DNA of 64,000 nucleotides from Halorutilales archaeon Cl-col2-1 (GTDB lineage: Archaea; Halobacteriota; Halobacteria; Halobacteriales; Afararchaeaceae), in contig CP169074.1 of the NCBI GenBank assembly GCA_041891055.1, positions 96,001-160,000 on the forward strand, given 5' to 3'. Shown here one piece after another: positions 18,714 to 28,324 of this stretch. Position 1 is the first letter of the stretch, and each line of letters opens with the position of its first letter. A model generated the notes under the pieces. The model was not told the origin of the DNA. It saw nothing but the letters and a program-made list of their open reading frames with translations, and made no database searches. The translations under genes and the position numbers were made by a program.

Positions 18714-19874
18714 CTATTCGGGAACCAGACGTACCAGAGGAACACCGTCGCCGTCGTAGACGAGATAGACATAGCCATCGTCTCCCACCGCGACGTCACG
18801 TACCCTCCAGCCTCGGTCTTCGAGCAACGTATCGACCTGTTCGACGTCACGTCCGTCGACCTCGAAACGTCCGAGAACCCTCCCTGCTAAGTTTCCGACG
18901 AGTAGGTCTCCCTGCCAGTCCTCGAATAAGTCGCCGTCGTAGAAATCCGCGCCGGAAGGAGGAAAGCCTCCCGTACCGCATTCCCAGACGTAGACTGGAG
19001 ACACGACGTCTTCGCGCTCGGAGTGGCTCACTCCTACGGGTATGTCGGTGTTGTACTCACACGCCTCGGTCGCCACGGGCCAGCCGTAGTTCTCCCCTTT
19101 CTCTATGACGTTGATCTCGTCACCGTCGCGCTCTCCGTGTTCGGTCTCCCAGATCTCTCCCGTCTCGGGATGTACTGTGAGACCCTGTGGGTTTCTGTGT
19201 CCGTAGCTGTAGACAGCGTCTGCGCCCTCGCCGTCAACGAAGGGGTTGTCTGAGGGTACCGATCCGTCGTCTTCGAGACGCAGAACTGCGCCGAGCTGGT
19301 TGTCGAGTCTCTGAGCGATGTGGTCTGAGCCGAAGTTCTTGAACTGTCTGTCGCCCGAGGTGACGTAGAGACTTCTGTCTTCGCCGAAGGTGGCGCGCGA
19401 TCCGTAGTGGTTGTTGGAGTCTACGAAGGGTTCTGCGACATGTAGAACCTCGAATTCCTCGAGTCGCGGAGTGTCATCGTCGAGTCTTCCGGCTCCAACG
19501 TGGGTCGCCGACTTACCTTCTGTGTCGGTCGCCGAGTAGGTGAGGTAGACGCGCGGGTCGTCGGGGTAATTCGGATGCACTTCGACGTCGAGAAGACCGC
19601 CCTGTCCTGCGACGTAGACTTCGGGTACGCCCTCAACCCCCTCGGCGGTACCCGACCCGACGTCGATGAGGCTGAGACTTCCACGGCGTCCCGTGACGAG
19701 ACACCGTCGGTCGTCTATGAACTCTATCCCCCACGGCTCCGTGAGTCCTCCGACGACAGTCTCGATGTCGTATCCTGAACTCGAACCACTGTCTCCCTCC
19801 CCTGAGCCGAGACAGCCCGCAGTCAGAGCCACCGACGCCGAGCCCACCTGCCTCAAGAAGGATCGTCTGTCCAT
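18714..19874 (-). CDS. PQQ-dependent aldose sugar dehydrogenase, Tat lipoprotein
   Basis: MDRRSFL...TAGC Tat signal and lipobox; GQGGLLDV, HYGSR, YGHRNPQG, GDEIN...NYGWP and RVRDV motifs. Confidence 0.92.
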   Translation of the reverse strand: MDRRSFLRQVGSASVALTAGCLGSGEGDSGSSSGYDIETVVGGLTEPWGIEFIDDRRCLVTGRRGSLSLIDVGSGTAEGVEGVPEVYVAGQGGLLDVEVHPNYPDDPRVYLTYSATDTEGKSATHVGAGRLDDDTPRLEEFEVLHVAEPFVDSNNHYGSRATFGEDRSLYVTSGDRQFKNFGSDHIAQRLDNQLGAVLRLEDDGSVPSDNPFVDGEGADAVYSYGHRNPQGLTVHPETGEIWETEHGERDGDEINVIEKGENYGWPVATEACEYNTDIPVGVSHSEREDVVSPVYVWECGTGGFPPSGADFYDGDLFEDWQGDLLVGNLAGRVLGRFEVDGRDVEQVDTLLEDRGWRVRDVAVGDDGYVYLVYDGDGVPLVRLVPE

Positions 19875-19973
19875 GTATCCCTTATTCGGCAGCCACGTTT
19901 GAAACTGACGCTGGTGCAAATTATATACAATTATCACAAAATATATGTTGAGGTGTGTTGACCTTTTCCACAT

Positions 19974-20780
19974 ATGCAGATGAGCACACGAACGAGACGT
20001 CTTCTGATTATAGCTGCTGTGTCAGTACTCGTAGCACTCGCGGGATGTCAGGGGGGCAACGGCGGAGCGTCGGTCGACGACGCCACGTCTGAGACAGGTC
20101 AAGGAACCGAGAACGTCGACTCTGACGCCGAAACTGACGGCGACGGTGAGACGACCGAGACTGACACAGAAACAGGAGACGGGAATGAGATGGACGCCCA
20201 CGACAGGATCGGATCACTCTCTGAGAACGAGTTCGAGACGAAGAAGGCACAAGCCGAGAACGCCTCGAAACGCATGATGTCGACCCTCTCGGGAAGACTC
20301 CAGTCGGCTATGAAGGAAGGGGGTCCGACTCGCGGAATAGAGGTCTGTACCGACGACGCCATAGAGATAAAACACAACATATCGCGCGAGACGGGATGGC
20401 AGGTCACACGTGTGAGTGACAAAGTAAGAGACCCGCTTCTCGGTACTCCCGATCCGTGGGAGCAGAGGAGCTTTGAGAAGATGAAAAAAGCTGTCGCCGA
20501 GGGCAAAGACCCCGCGAACGTGTCGAGGGCGGAGGTCGTAGACGAGCCCAACGGCGAGTACCTGAGATACATGTCGCCGATACCGACGCGTCCGGTCTGT
20601 ACCAACTGCCACGGCACCCAGGATCAGATAAGTCCCGAGGTCGAGGAACTACTTGACGAGCATTATCCTCACGACGAAGCCACGGGTTACGAGGTCGGTG
20701 AGCTAAGAGGTGCCGTGAGCGTCAAGATGCCTCTCAACGAGTCTACGAACAGTACTGACACAACGATGACAATGGAGTAG
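19974..20780 (+). CDS. DUF3365 (Tll0287-like) c-type heme lipoprotein
   Basis: LAGC lipobox, acidic linker, GIEVC, RVSDKVR, PDPWE, RYMSPI...CTNCHG (CxxCH) and YPHDEATGYEVGELRGAVSV. Confidence 0.88.
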   Translation: MQMSTRTRRLLIIAAVSVLVALAGCQGGNGGASVDDATSETGQGTENVDSDAETDGDGETTETDTETGDGNEMDAHDRIGSLSENEFETKKAQAENASKRMMSTLSGRLQSAMKEGGPTRGIEVCTDDAIEIKHNISRETGWQVTRVSDKVRDPLLGTPDPWEQRSFEKMKKAVAEGKDPANVSRAEVVDEPNGEYLRYMSPIPTRPVCTNCHGTQDQISPEVEELLDEHYPHDEATGYEVGELRGAVSVKMPLNESTNSTDTTMTME

Positions 20781-20815
20781 AGAGCCGTATTCCGGCTTTC
20801 TGAGTGCCTCTGCCT

Positions 20816-22696
20816 CTAACCGTTCACTTCTTGACCGAGCTTCTCTTGAAGTACGTCCGAGACTAGCTCTCCGTCCGCCTTACCTCTCATCTCTTCCATC
20901 ACGACCCCCATCAGGGCGCCGAAGGCACCCATGCCCTGTTCGTCTATGAGACCCTGCTTCTCGTCTATGACGTCCTCTACGACCTCTTCGACCTCGCCAC
21001 GTCCCGCGCTTCTCAGACCGAGGTCGTCGACGAGCGCGTCCGTCTCCTTCCCGGTCTCAGCGAGTCCCGTCAGAAGCTCGGGGACTCCCTCCTTAGCTAT
21101 CTCGTCTTCGACGACGAGCTCGAAGACAGAGAGTATCTCGTCGTCGGTGATCTCCTCGACGGCGACGCCTTCCCTCCTGAGTTCGACGAGGTCGCTTTCG
21201 AGGGTCTGTGCCACGAGAGACGGGTCGGCTCCCATCTCGACGCCCTTCTCGAAGAGAGGCATGTTACGTCCGAATGCGACCTGCTCGGCGAGGTTCGAGT
21301 CGAGACCGTACTCCTCCTCGTACCTCTCCGCTCTCTGGGTCAGAAGCTCGGGCTCCTCGACCTCGACGTCGCCGAGATCGACCTCGAAGACGTCGGTTTC
21401 GGGATACATCCTCGCCGCTCCCGGGAGAGGACGCAGGTAGCTCGAAGTTCCGTCCTGGTTGGCGTCGCGCGTCTCCTCGGGGACTCCCTCAAGCGCTTCC
21501 TCCGCACGTTCCTTCGCCGCCTCTATCGCTCTCTCGGCGACCTCGGGCGAGTCAGCGACTATCGCGACGGCGTCGTCTTCGCCGGCTCCGACTTCGTCCC
21601 TCAGCCTCCCGATCTCTTCCTCGGTAATTCCGTACCCCGGGAGCTCGTCGGTGTGGAATATACCTCCTGCCCCTCTCTTCTTCGCCCTGTCACTCATCTC
21701 GGTTCCGAGTCTCCTGTCGTCCTGTATCTCTCTTCCCACGACGCCATCGAATCCTCTCAGGACGACTCCCATGACACGTCCGCCCGAGTCGAGCGCGCCT
21801 CTCAGGACTCCTGACTCTGTACCGTCGAAGACGGCTGTGACGTCGTGTATCTCTCCGACTTCCGCCTCATTTTCGGCGAGTTCGTCACGTATTTCGAGGA
21901 GGCTCTTCTGTCGCCTCGCCTCTTTCTCGACTATCTCGCCTATCATGTCGAGTTCCTGGACGCCCTTGATCTCGATACGCGCACCCCCTTCTATCGATAT
22001 GTTAATGTCCTGACGTACAGTCCCGAGTCCTCTCTTGACCTTACCCGTCGACCTCAGAAGCATGCCTATCCTCTCTGCCGCTTCCTGTGCCTGCTGAGGC
22101 GTCCGTATGTCGGGCTCAGTTCCTATCTCGACGAGCGGAATCCCAAGTCTGTCGAGTGAGAAGACGACCTCGCCGTCGGTCTCCTCGACCCTCTGTGCCG
22201 ACTCCTCTTCGAGACACAGGTCGGCGACACGCACATCTCCCTCCGAGGTCTCGACCTCGCCGCCGTATGCGACCATAGACGACCTCTGGAACCCCGTCGT
22301 GTTCGAGCCGTCTATGACTATCTTCCTCATGACGTGTGCCTCGTCGACTCGACTCATCTCCATCATCTCAGCTATCTCTAGCGCGGTTTCGAGAGCCTCG
22401 TCATCGATCTCCTTCGGAGGCTCGTCGTCCTCCTCTACGAGACATGTCGTGTCGTAAGCCTTGTACCGGAAGACGCGGTCGAGTATGCTCTCTTCGAGCG
22501 CCGCCTCGTCTATCTCTCCGAGTTCGCTCCTCGCGGGATGGAGGTAACGTTCGAACTCCCTCTCGGCTTCGTCGACCTCTCTCAGACTCGTGGGACAGTT
22601 ACAGAAGAGCTTCGTCTCAGTGTCGAGCTGCTGGTGTATTTCGAGCCCCGCCTTGAGACCGAGGTCGGAGTAGTCGAGATCCGCGTTCGTGCTCAT
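20816..22696 (-). CDS. gatE: Glu-tRNA(Gln) amidotransferase subunit E
   Basis: GLEIHQQL, MRKIVIDGSNTTGFQR, LDRLGIPLVEI and RPLPGAARMYPETD. Confidence 0.97.
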   Translation of the reverse strand: MSTNADLDYSDLGLKAGLEIHQQLDTETKLFCNCPTSLREVDEAEREFERYLHPARSELGEIDEAALEESILDRVFRYKAYDTTCLVEEDDEPPKEIDDEALETALEIAEMMEMSRVDEAHVMRKIVIDGSNTTGFQRSSMVAYGGEVETSEGDVRVADLCLEEESAQRVEETDGEVVFSLDRLGIPLVEIGTEPDIRTPQQAQEAAERIGMLLRSTGKVKRGLGTVRQDINISIEGGARIEIKGVQELDMIGEIVEKEARRQKSLLEIRDELAENEAEVGEIHDVTAVFDGTESGVLRGALDSGGRVMGVVLRGFDGVVGREIQDDRRLGTEMSDRAKKRGAGGIFHTDELPGYGITEEEIGRLRDEVGAGEDDAVAIVADSPEVAERAIEAAKERAEEALEGVPEETRDANQDGTSSYLRPLPGAARMYPETDVFEVDLGDVEVEEPELLTQRAERYEEEYGLDSNLAEQVAFGRNMPLFEKGVEMGADPSLVAQTLESDLVELRREGVAVEEITDDEILSVFELVVEDEIAKEGVPELLTGLAETGKETDALVDDLGLRSAGRGEVEEVVEDVIDEKQGLIDEQGMGAFGALMGVVMEEMRGKADGELVSDVLQEKLGQEVNG

Positions 22697-22742
22697 ACAG
22701 TTTGGTCGAACGCAGGGAGTTTAAGAGTAACGTAAACCGGAC

Positions 22743-23792
22743 TTAGCCGTCGGTGTATCTCTCGAAGACGTAGTCGTCGGGTTTTCCTCTTAGGACGTAT
22801 ACTCCGTACCCCGTGTCTTCGAGAACCTCGGCGACCTCCCTCTGGCGTTTCGACATACGGCTGTCGCCGTACTTGACCTCGACGAAACACGGCTCCTCGG
22901 GTCTCCAGTTCGACTCCTCGGTCTCGTCGTCCCAGTCGTCGATCCTTGACTGAGAACCCTCGACGTAAAAATCAGGGACGCCGCTCACGTCTCCGAAGAC
23001 GTGTTCGAGCCTGTGTCGCACGTCTCCGAGTCGCGCTTCTCTCAGAGCCTCACGTCCCCGGCGACAGTCGAATCCCCTCTCGGCGCACAGATTCGAGAAG
23101 AACTCCTCGAATCCGCGCCCCTTCCTCTGGTTTTCGACTGATAATCTTGTCCTATCGGCGAGTGAGTCGCGGTACTTCTCACGGACGTGTCTCCACACAT
23201 CGGCTTCGAGTCCGCGTGTTACTCGGTGTCGGTGTAGAATCGGATATCTCTCGCTGAGAAGAGCTTCGACGTCTTCCCGTCTCTCGATCTCTGTCAGATC
23301 CGAGTCCACGAAGATGTCTTCGAGTAGGTCATCTCTGATCCTCTCGCGAGTCTCCTCGGAGACGAATGAGCCGAAGTCGACGACTGACGACGGAGTGGCG
23401 AACCTACGTATCTCCCAGACCTCTGACCCCGACGCTCGTACGACTTCGCGGAGGTAGTAATCTGAGAGAACCTCGTCATCCTCGAATGCTTCGACGACGC
23501 CCCACTCGCTCGTCTCGGTGACATACTCATCCACTGCCGTCCTGAGTATCTCCGAGGTCATCGACTCGACATCCTCGGCTGTCGTGCCTCCCACGACTAT
23601 CCTCTCGTCGTCGAGGCTCAGACACGCGATATGACCCACTCTGCCGACCTCGTCTATATAACAGCCGAAGCAGTAGGTCTCGGCGTCGTCTCTCGAAGAC
23701 GTTAATCCGTTCTCGACGAAGAGGTCGGTCTCCAGAGAGCCCGTCTCGCCACAGACGCGGCACCGTGATCTCGACCAGCCGAAGTAAGCCAT
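22743..23792 (-). CDS. Hypothetical protein with an N-terminal Zn finger and a C-terminal VRR-NUC (PD-(D/E)xK) nuclease domain
   Basis: CRVC...CFGC; GVPDFYV...FVEVKYGDSRMSKRQREVAEVL...GYGVYV. Confidence 0.7.
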   Translation of the reverse strand: MAYFGWSRSRCRVCGETGSLETDLFVENGLTSSRDDAETYCFGCYIDEVGRVGHIACLSLDDERIVVGGTTAEDVESMTSEILRTAVDEYVTETSEWGVVEAFEDDEVLSDYYLREVVRASGSEVWEIRRFATPSSVVDFGSFVSEETRERIRDDLLEDIFVDSDLTEIERREDVEALLSERYPILHRHRVTRGLEADVWRHVREKYRDSLADRTRLSVENQRKGRGFEEFFSNLCAERGFDCRRGREALREARLGDVRHRLEHVFGDVSGVPDFYVEGSQSRIDDWDDETEESNWRPEEPCFVEVKYGDSRMSKRQREVAEVLEDTGYGVYVLRGKPDDYVFERYTDG

Positions 23793-23796
23793 TGTA

Positions 23797-24561
23797 TTAT
23801 GCTAGACCTCTCGTTACCATTCTCACTCCTATGAACAGTAGAAGGACTCCGAATCCCCTCTTCAGGCTCTCGTCTGGGACATACGCTGAGACGTGGGGTC
23901 CGACGCCCGCTCCCACGGTTATGCCGGCTATCAGGGGAAGCGCGAGTTCGGGTATGAGGTTGCCCTGACCGTACTGTTTGTACGACGCCACGACCGCACT
24001 CGGGAACATGGCGAATAGCGATGTCGCTACTGCGCGCGTGATTGTGAGTCCGAGAAGCATCGTGAGTACGGGAACCATGAGGGAGCCGCCGCCGATACCG
24101 AAGAGACCCGATGAGAAGCCGACGACTCCTCCGAGGACAAAGACAAGTATACTACCATACCGTCCCTCGACGTCGACGGTCGCTGAGACGTCAGAGTTGA
24201 GTGCCATCTTGATCCCGGGATAGAACATGAAGACGCCGAACGACGTCGCTAAGACTGACTCGGGGAGTACGTCGCTCGCAACTGCGCCCGCGTATCCCCC
24301 GACGACTGTCATCGGAGCGATCAGGAGACCCAGTCGGAGGTCGACCGCGCCGTTTCTGAGGTAGCCGACGCTCGAAGAAAGCGACGTGAAGGCGACCGCC
24401 GATATGCTCGTCCCGACCGCGAACTTCGTCTCCGAGACGAAGCCCCCGAGGACGAGAAGGGGCACCATCAGACCCCCTCCTCCTATTCCGAGTAGGCTCG
24501 AAAATACGCCTATGAAGAAAGCCGCGACGAAGAGCGAGACTGTTTCGGCGAAGACGACCAT
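23797..24561 (-). CDS. TauE/SafE (TSUP) family sulfur-compound transporter
   Basis: Two GIGGG repeats, AVGTS/AVATSL and 8 TM segments. Confidence 0.9.
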   Translation of the reverse strand: MVVFAETVSLFVAAFFIGVFSSLLGIGGGGLMVPLLVLGGFVSETKFAVGTSISAVAFTSLSSSVGYLRNGAVDLRLGLLIAPMTVVGGYAGAVASDVLPESVLATSFGVFMFYPGIKMALNSDVSATVDVEGRYGSILVFVLGGVVGFSSGLFGIGGGSLMVPVLTMLLGLTITRAVATSLFAMFPSAVVASYKQYGQGNLIPELALPLIAGITVGAGVGPHVSAYVPDESLKRGFGVLLLFIGVRMVTRGLA

Positions 24562-24609
24562 GCTGTCTAATTGCGTTGGAGTAAAGTCAGTCTTTTCGGA
24601 AGTAGACGT

Positions 24610-25185
24610 ATGGAGATCACTAATCTCACACGAGACTCAGAAGCCTTCACCTCGAACGTCTTCTTAGTCGAGGGCGACACGAACGTCTTGGTCGATGTCG
24701 GTACCGTCCCCGGTATAATAGACGAAGTACGTGAAGCCGGGGGTATCGACGCAGTAGTTCTGACCCACTCACACCGCGACCACGTCGAACTCCTCCCGCG
24801 CGTCAAGCAAGAGTTCGACGTCGAGGTCTGGGGCTACGACGGTTCGTTCGAGGGAACTGACCACGAGATCGACGACGGCGACACCGTCGAGATAGGCGAC
24901 GAGACATTCGAGGTTCTCTTCACTCCGGGTCACAAGACCGACCACGTCTGTCTCGTAGGTGAGACTGTCGTCTTCGCGGGCGACCTGATCTTCGACGGCG
25001 GCGCGTTCGGCAGGACGGACTTAGAGGAGGGGAACCGTGAGTCACTCATCGAGAGCATACAGAGGCTTCTCGAAGAGGTAGAGGACAAAGATGTGGAAGT
25101 CATCTACACGGGGCACGGCTCGGCGATACGCGGCGACGTCGAGGGCGCGGTACGTAGGTCTCTCGAAAACGCGCGTCAGCTTTAG
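24610..25185 (+). CDS. MBL-fold metallo-hydrolase
   Basis: THSHRDH, TPGH, FAGD, GRTDL and TGHG motifs. Confidence 0.9.
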   Translation: MEITNLTRDSEAFTSNVFLVEGDTNVLVDVGTVPGIIDEVREAGGIDAVVLTHSHRDHVELLPRVKQEFDVEVWGYDGSFEGTDHEIDDGDTVEIGDETFEVLFTPGHKTDHVCLVGETVVFAGDLIFDGGAFGRTDLEEGNRESLIESIQRLLEEVEDKDVEVIYTGHGSAIRGDVEGAVRRSLENARQL

Positions 25186-25448
25186 CCGCCGCTCGCTGCG
25201 GGAATTATACGTATCTCGTCGTCTTCTTCTAGGCTGGTTTCGACGCCAGCGAGGTTCCTTATGTCCTCACCGTTGACGTAGACGTTTATGTACTCCTTGA
25301 CCTCGCCGTCGTCCATGACCTGGTCTTGTATCTCGGAACCGTGCTCTTCGGTGTAGGCGTCTATCGCCTCCTTTACTGTCGTCGCGTTTACCTCGACCTT
25401 CTTCGATCCCTCGTTCGTGAGAACCGCTGGCACGTTTATTACTGGCAT
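25182..25448 (-). CDS. SAMP/MoaD/CysO-like ubiquitin-like protein
   Basis: YINVYVNGEDIR...IRIIPAASGG with a free C-terminal GG. Confidence 0.92.
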   Translation of the reverse strand: MPVINVPAVLTNEGSKKVEVNATTVKEAIDAYTEEHGSEIQDQVMDDGEVKEYINVYVNGEDIRNLAGVETSLEEDDEIRIIPAASGG

Positions 25449-25479
25449 TGTGTTAATTAGGGTAGTTTTGTGTCAAAAG

Positions 25480-25917
25480 CTAATCGGTACTACTCTCCCT
25501 AACCTCACTGTCGACCTCTATCTCCTCCCTCTCGAACTCGTCTCCCGTCCAGATCCAAGAGCCTACCTTGGGTTCGTCGTCACCGAGTGAGACTATGACA
25601 TACGAGTGCCCCGTCCACGTTGCCCTCTCGGCGTCAGTCTCACTCGTCCTGAATGGACCCTCGGGATGTGAGTGGTAGAATCCGACTACGTCGAGACCCT
25701 CGTCCTCTATAGCCTCGACTATCTCGAACTGTTCCTGAGGATCTATGAGGTAGTTCGTCTCGGGGGTCTCGCTGACGTTCTCGCAGTCGTAGATCTTCTC
25801 GACTGTCGCCTCTTTTTCACCCCTCTCACCCGCGAGCACGCCACAGATCTCGTAGGGCTTGCCATCCTTCGCGTGGTCTATTATCTCGTCATAGTCGTCG
25901 ACGTCGAACTCTATCAT
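25480..25917 (-). CDS. JAMM/MPN+ desampylase (Mec-like)
   Basis: PYEICGVLAG and GFYHSHPEGPFRTSETD; directly upstream of the SAMP gene. Confidence 0.9.
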   Translation of the reverse strand: MIEFDVDDYDEIIDHAKDGKPYEICGVLAGERGEKEATVEKIYDCENVSETPETNYLIDPQEQFEIVEAIEDEGLDVVGFYHSHPEGPFRTSETDAERATWTGHSYVIVSLGDDEPKVGSWIWTGDEFEREEIEVDSEVRESSTD

Positions 25918-26011
25918 CACTCCGTGGTACGCCGCCTCGCGCCTAATATATTCCGGCACGTCTCCCGGCGTCCCATCAGTTTTAAGTCTACGAATTACTA
26001 TCGGTTATATA

Positions 26012-26638
26012 ATGGATCTTCCGACGCCCGAGAGACTCCGGGAAACGAGAAAGAGCCTCGGACTCACACAGGACGAACTCGCCGAGATGGCTGACGTCTC
26101 ACAGCCTCTCATCGCACGTATCGAGAACGACGACGTCGATCCGCGTTTCTCGACCCTGAGACGTATAATCGACGTCCTCGAATCCGTCGAGGAGGAACAG
26201 AACGTCGAGGGCGAGTCGGTCACGGCTGAGGATCTGATGACGACTGGTATAATCAGTGTCTCGCCCGACGACACAGTCAAGGAGGTCGTCGACACCTTAC
26301 AGGAGACGGGCTACTCACAGCTACCCGTCATAGAGGACGACGTCCCCGTCGGGTCGGTAACCGACGCCCTGATAGCCCACGCTAGGTCCGAGATAGACGA
26401 TCTCCCAGACGCAGAGGTCTCTGAGGTGATGGACGAGTCTTTCCCGACCGTCTCACCCAACGTCGACGTCGACACACTCTCGTCTTTCCTCGACGGAGCG
26501 AGTGCAGTACTCGTCACTACTGAGGGCTGTGTCGAGGGAATAGTCACCGACGCCGACATAGCCGCTTACTTCGGACGTTCCGAGTCTGAGGACGAAGACG
26601 AGCACGGTGGAGACGGCGATGACAGGGACGACGAGTAA
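26012..26638 (+). CDS. Cro/C1 HTH plus CBS-pair transcriptional regulator
   Basis: LTQDELAEMADVSQPLIARIE...DPRFSTL; CBS motifs YSQLPV and GIVTDADI. Confidence 0.9.
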   Translation: MDLPTPERLRETRKSLGLTQDELAEMADVSQPLIARIENDDVDPRFSTLRRIIDVLESVEEEQNVEGESVTAEDLMTTGIISVSPDDTVKEVVDTLQETGYSQLPVIEDDVPVGSVTDALIAHARSEIDDLPDAEVSEVMDESFPTVSPNVDVDTLSSFLDGASAVLVTTEGCVEGIVTDADIAAYFGRSESEDEDEHGGDGDDRDDE

Positions 26639-27179
26639 AAGCCTCGTAGTAGTCTTAGCCCTCGCGCTCACGGTCGCCGGAGCCGGCTGTCTCTCGTCAC
26701 CGGAGCCGTCTCCCGAGGAGACTGATACCGACGCTGACGCCGCCGACGCCGACGGAGACCCTCTCACAAATACGACGGATGGAGCCGAAGCCACTGCAGT
26801 CTTCACCCACGAAGGCGAAGCCGTAGCCAGGCTTAGTCTCGAAGTTGCCGAGACGCCCGAGGAGAGAAGTAGGGGTCTGATGTACCGCGAGAGCCTCGAA
26901 GACCGAAGAGGGATGGTCTTCGTCTACGCCGAAGAGGAGAGACGTTCCTTCTGGATGAAGAACACCTACATACCCCTCGACATGGTCTTCGTCGGCGAGG
27001 ACGGCAGGGTCAACGCCGTGAGGCACGCGTCTCCTCAGCCCAACGCTTCTGTCTCCGAACTCCGGAGGTACACGGGCGACGCCAAGTACGTCATAGAGAC
27101 CAACAGGGGATTTGCCAACGAGACGGGAGTCGGTGAGGGCACACGTGTCGAGATAGATCTCAGTCAAGAAGACGGCTGA
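26619..27179 (+). CDS. DUF192 domain lipoprotein
   Basis: GAGC lipobox; RGLMYRESL, FWMKNTYIPLDMVF and YVIETNRG. Confidence 0.88.
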   Translation: MTGTTSKSLVVVLALALTVAGAGCLSSPEPSPEETDTDADAADADGDPLTNTTDGAEATAVFTHEGEAVARLSLEVAETPEERSRGLMYRESLEDRRGMVFVYAEEERRSFWMKNTYIPLDMVFVGEDGRVNAVRHASPQPNASVSELRRYTGDAKYVIETNRGFANETGVGEGTRVEIDLSQEDG

Positions 27180-28236
27180 GAACGCGTGTCGCCGTCACTA
27201 CCTCGTCGGTCTCGACGTACTCGCGTTCGGAGTGAGCGACTGCGACCTCGTTCCCATCTTCGTCTGTCTCGGATATCGAGCCGGGACCGAAGACTGCGAC
27301 GGGCATCTCCTTAGCGAGGTACGACGCCTCTGTCGCGGCGTCGAAGGGTCTCAGACGTGACTCGCCGGTGGCCTCCTCGACTGCGTCGACGAGACGCTCC
27401 ACGTCGTCTTCGTCGGTACGGAAGGCATCGAGGAAAGGTGTCGGACGTTCGGAGAACCTCACCTCGTAGTCGCAGTCTATACCTTTCATCTCCCTGTCGA
27501 CCTCTTCGAGGAACTTGTCCTGTGTCTCGGGGGGAACGCTTCTCCTGTCTATGAAGAGGCTCGCGTTCTCGGGAACCTGGTTCTTCGCCTCGCCGCCGTC
27601 TATCTGTGTCACTGTCAGACTACTCTCTCCGAGGAGGTCATCGTACTTCTGTTGTGTGGCTTCGAGCCTTCTCACCGCCTCTGCGACACACGAGACGGCG
27701 TTCAGACCGCTCTCCGGCGCGGCGGCGTGTGCAGCCTCGCCGAAGAAGTCAGCTATCACCTCGTAACGTCCTCTCGCGGCTGTGCAGACGTCGAGGTTGG
27801 TAGGCTCTCCGACTACACACAGGTCGGCGTCGAGGCTCACGTCTTCGAGGTAGTCGTAGAGACCTACTGAGTCGGTCTCCTCGTCAGGTGAGACTACGAG
27901 AGTCACGCGTCCGTCCTCGGGATCGGCGCGCGAGAACGCCGACACCATCGCTGCGAGGCTCGCCTTCGCGTCACACGAGCCTCTTCCCCTCACGACACCT
28001 GAGTCGGCGTCGTATCCGTACTCGATGTGGGGCGGTACCGTGTCCATATGTGTGTTGAGTACGGTGTGGAAGCCGCCGCTGTCTCCCTTCTCGGCGACTA
28101 CACAGCCCGAACTATGGAGCTTCGCGCCGTCGATGGATTCGAGTAGATACTCACGTATCTCGTCGACCGAGTCGTGGCTCTGTATCTGAACCATCTCTCT
28201 CAGGAGGTCTACCGGACTCTGGGGATCTGTCTTCAT
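27160..28236 (-). CDS. M20 family metallopeptidase (ArgE/DapE-like)
   Basis: HMDTV, GRGSCDAK, DEE, VGEPT and AHSERE motifs. Confidence 0.88.
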   Translation of the reverse strand: MKTDPQSPVDLLREMVQIQSHDSVDEIREYLLESIDGAKLHSSGCVVAEKGDSGGFHTVLNTHMDTVPPHIEYGYDADSGVVRGRGSCDAKASLAAMVSAFSRADPEDGRVTLVVSPDEETDSVGLYDYLEDVSLDADLCVVGEPTNLDVCTAARGRYEVIADFFGEAAHAAAPESGLNAVSCVAEAVRRLEATQQKYDDLLGESSLTVTQIDGGEAKNQVPENASLFIDRRSVPPETQDKFLEEVDREMKGIDCDYEVRFSERPTPFLDAFRTDEDDVERLVDAVEEATGESRLRPFDAATEASYLAKEMPVAVFGPGSISETDEDGNEVAVAHSEREYVETDEVVTATRVLSRLLD

Positions 28237-28324
28237 GTCTCCGAAGACGAGACCTCGACGTAAGTCTCTTTAGAGATCTGGCTGACCCGAGGCTTGATTA
28301 ATCCCGGGATCAACTACTCAGACA

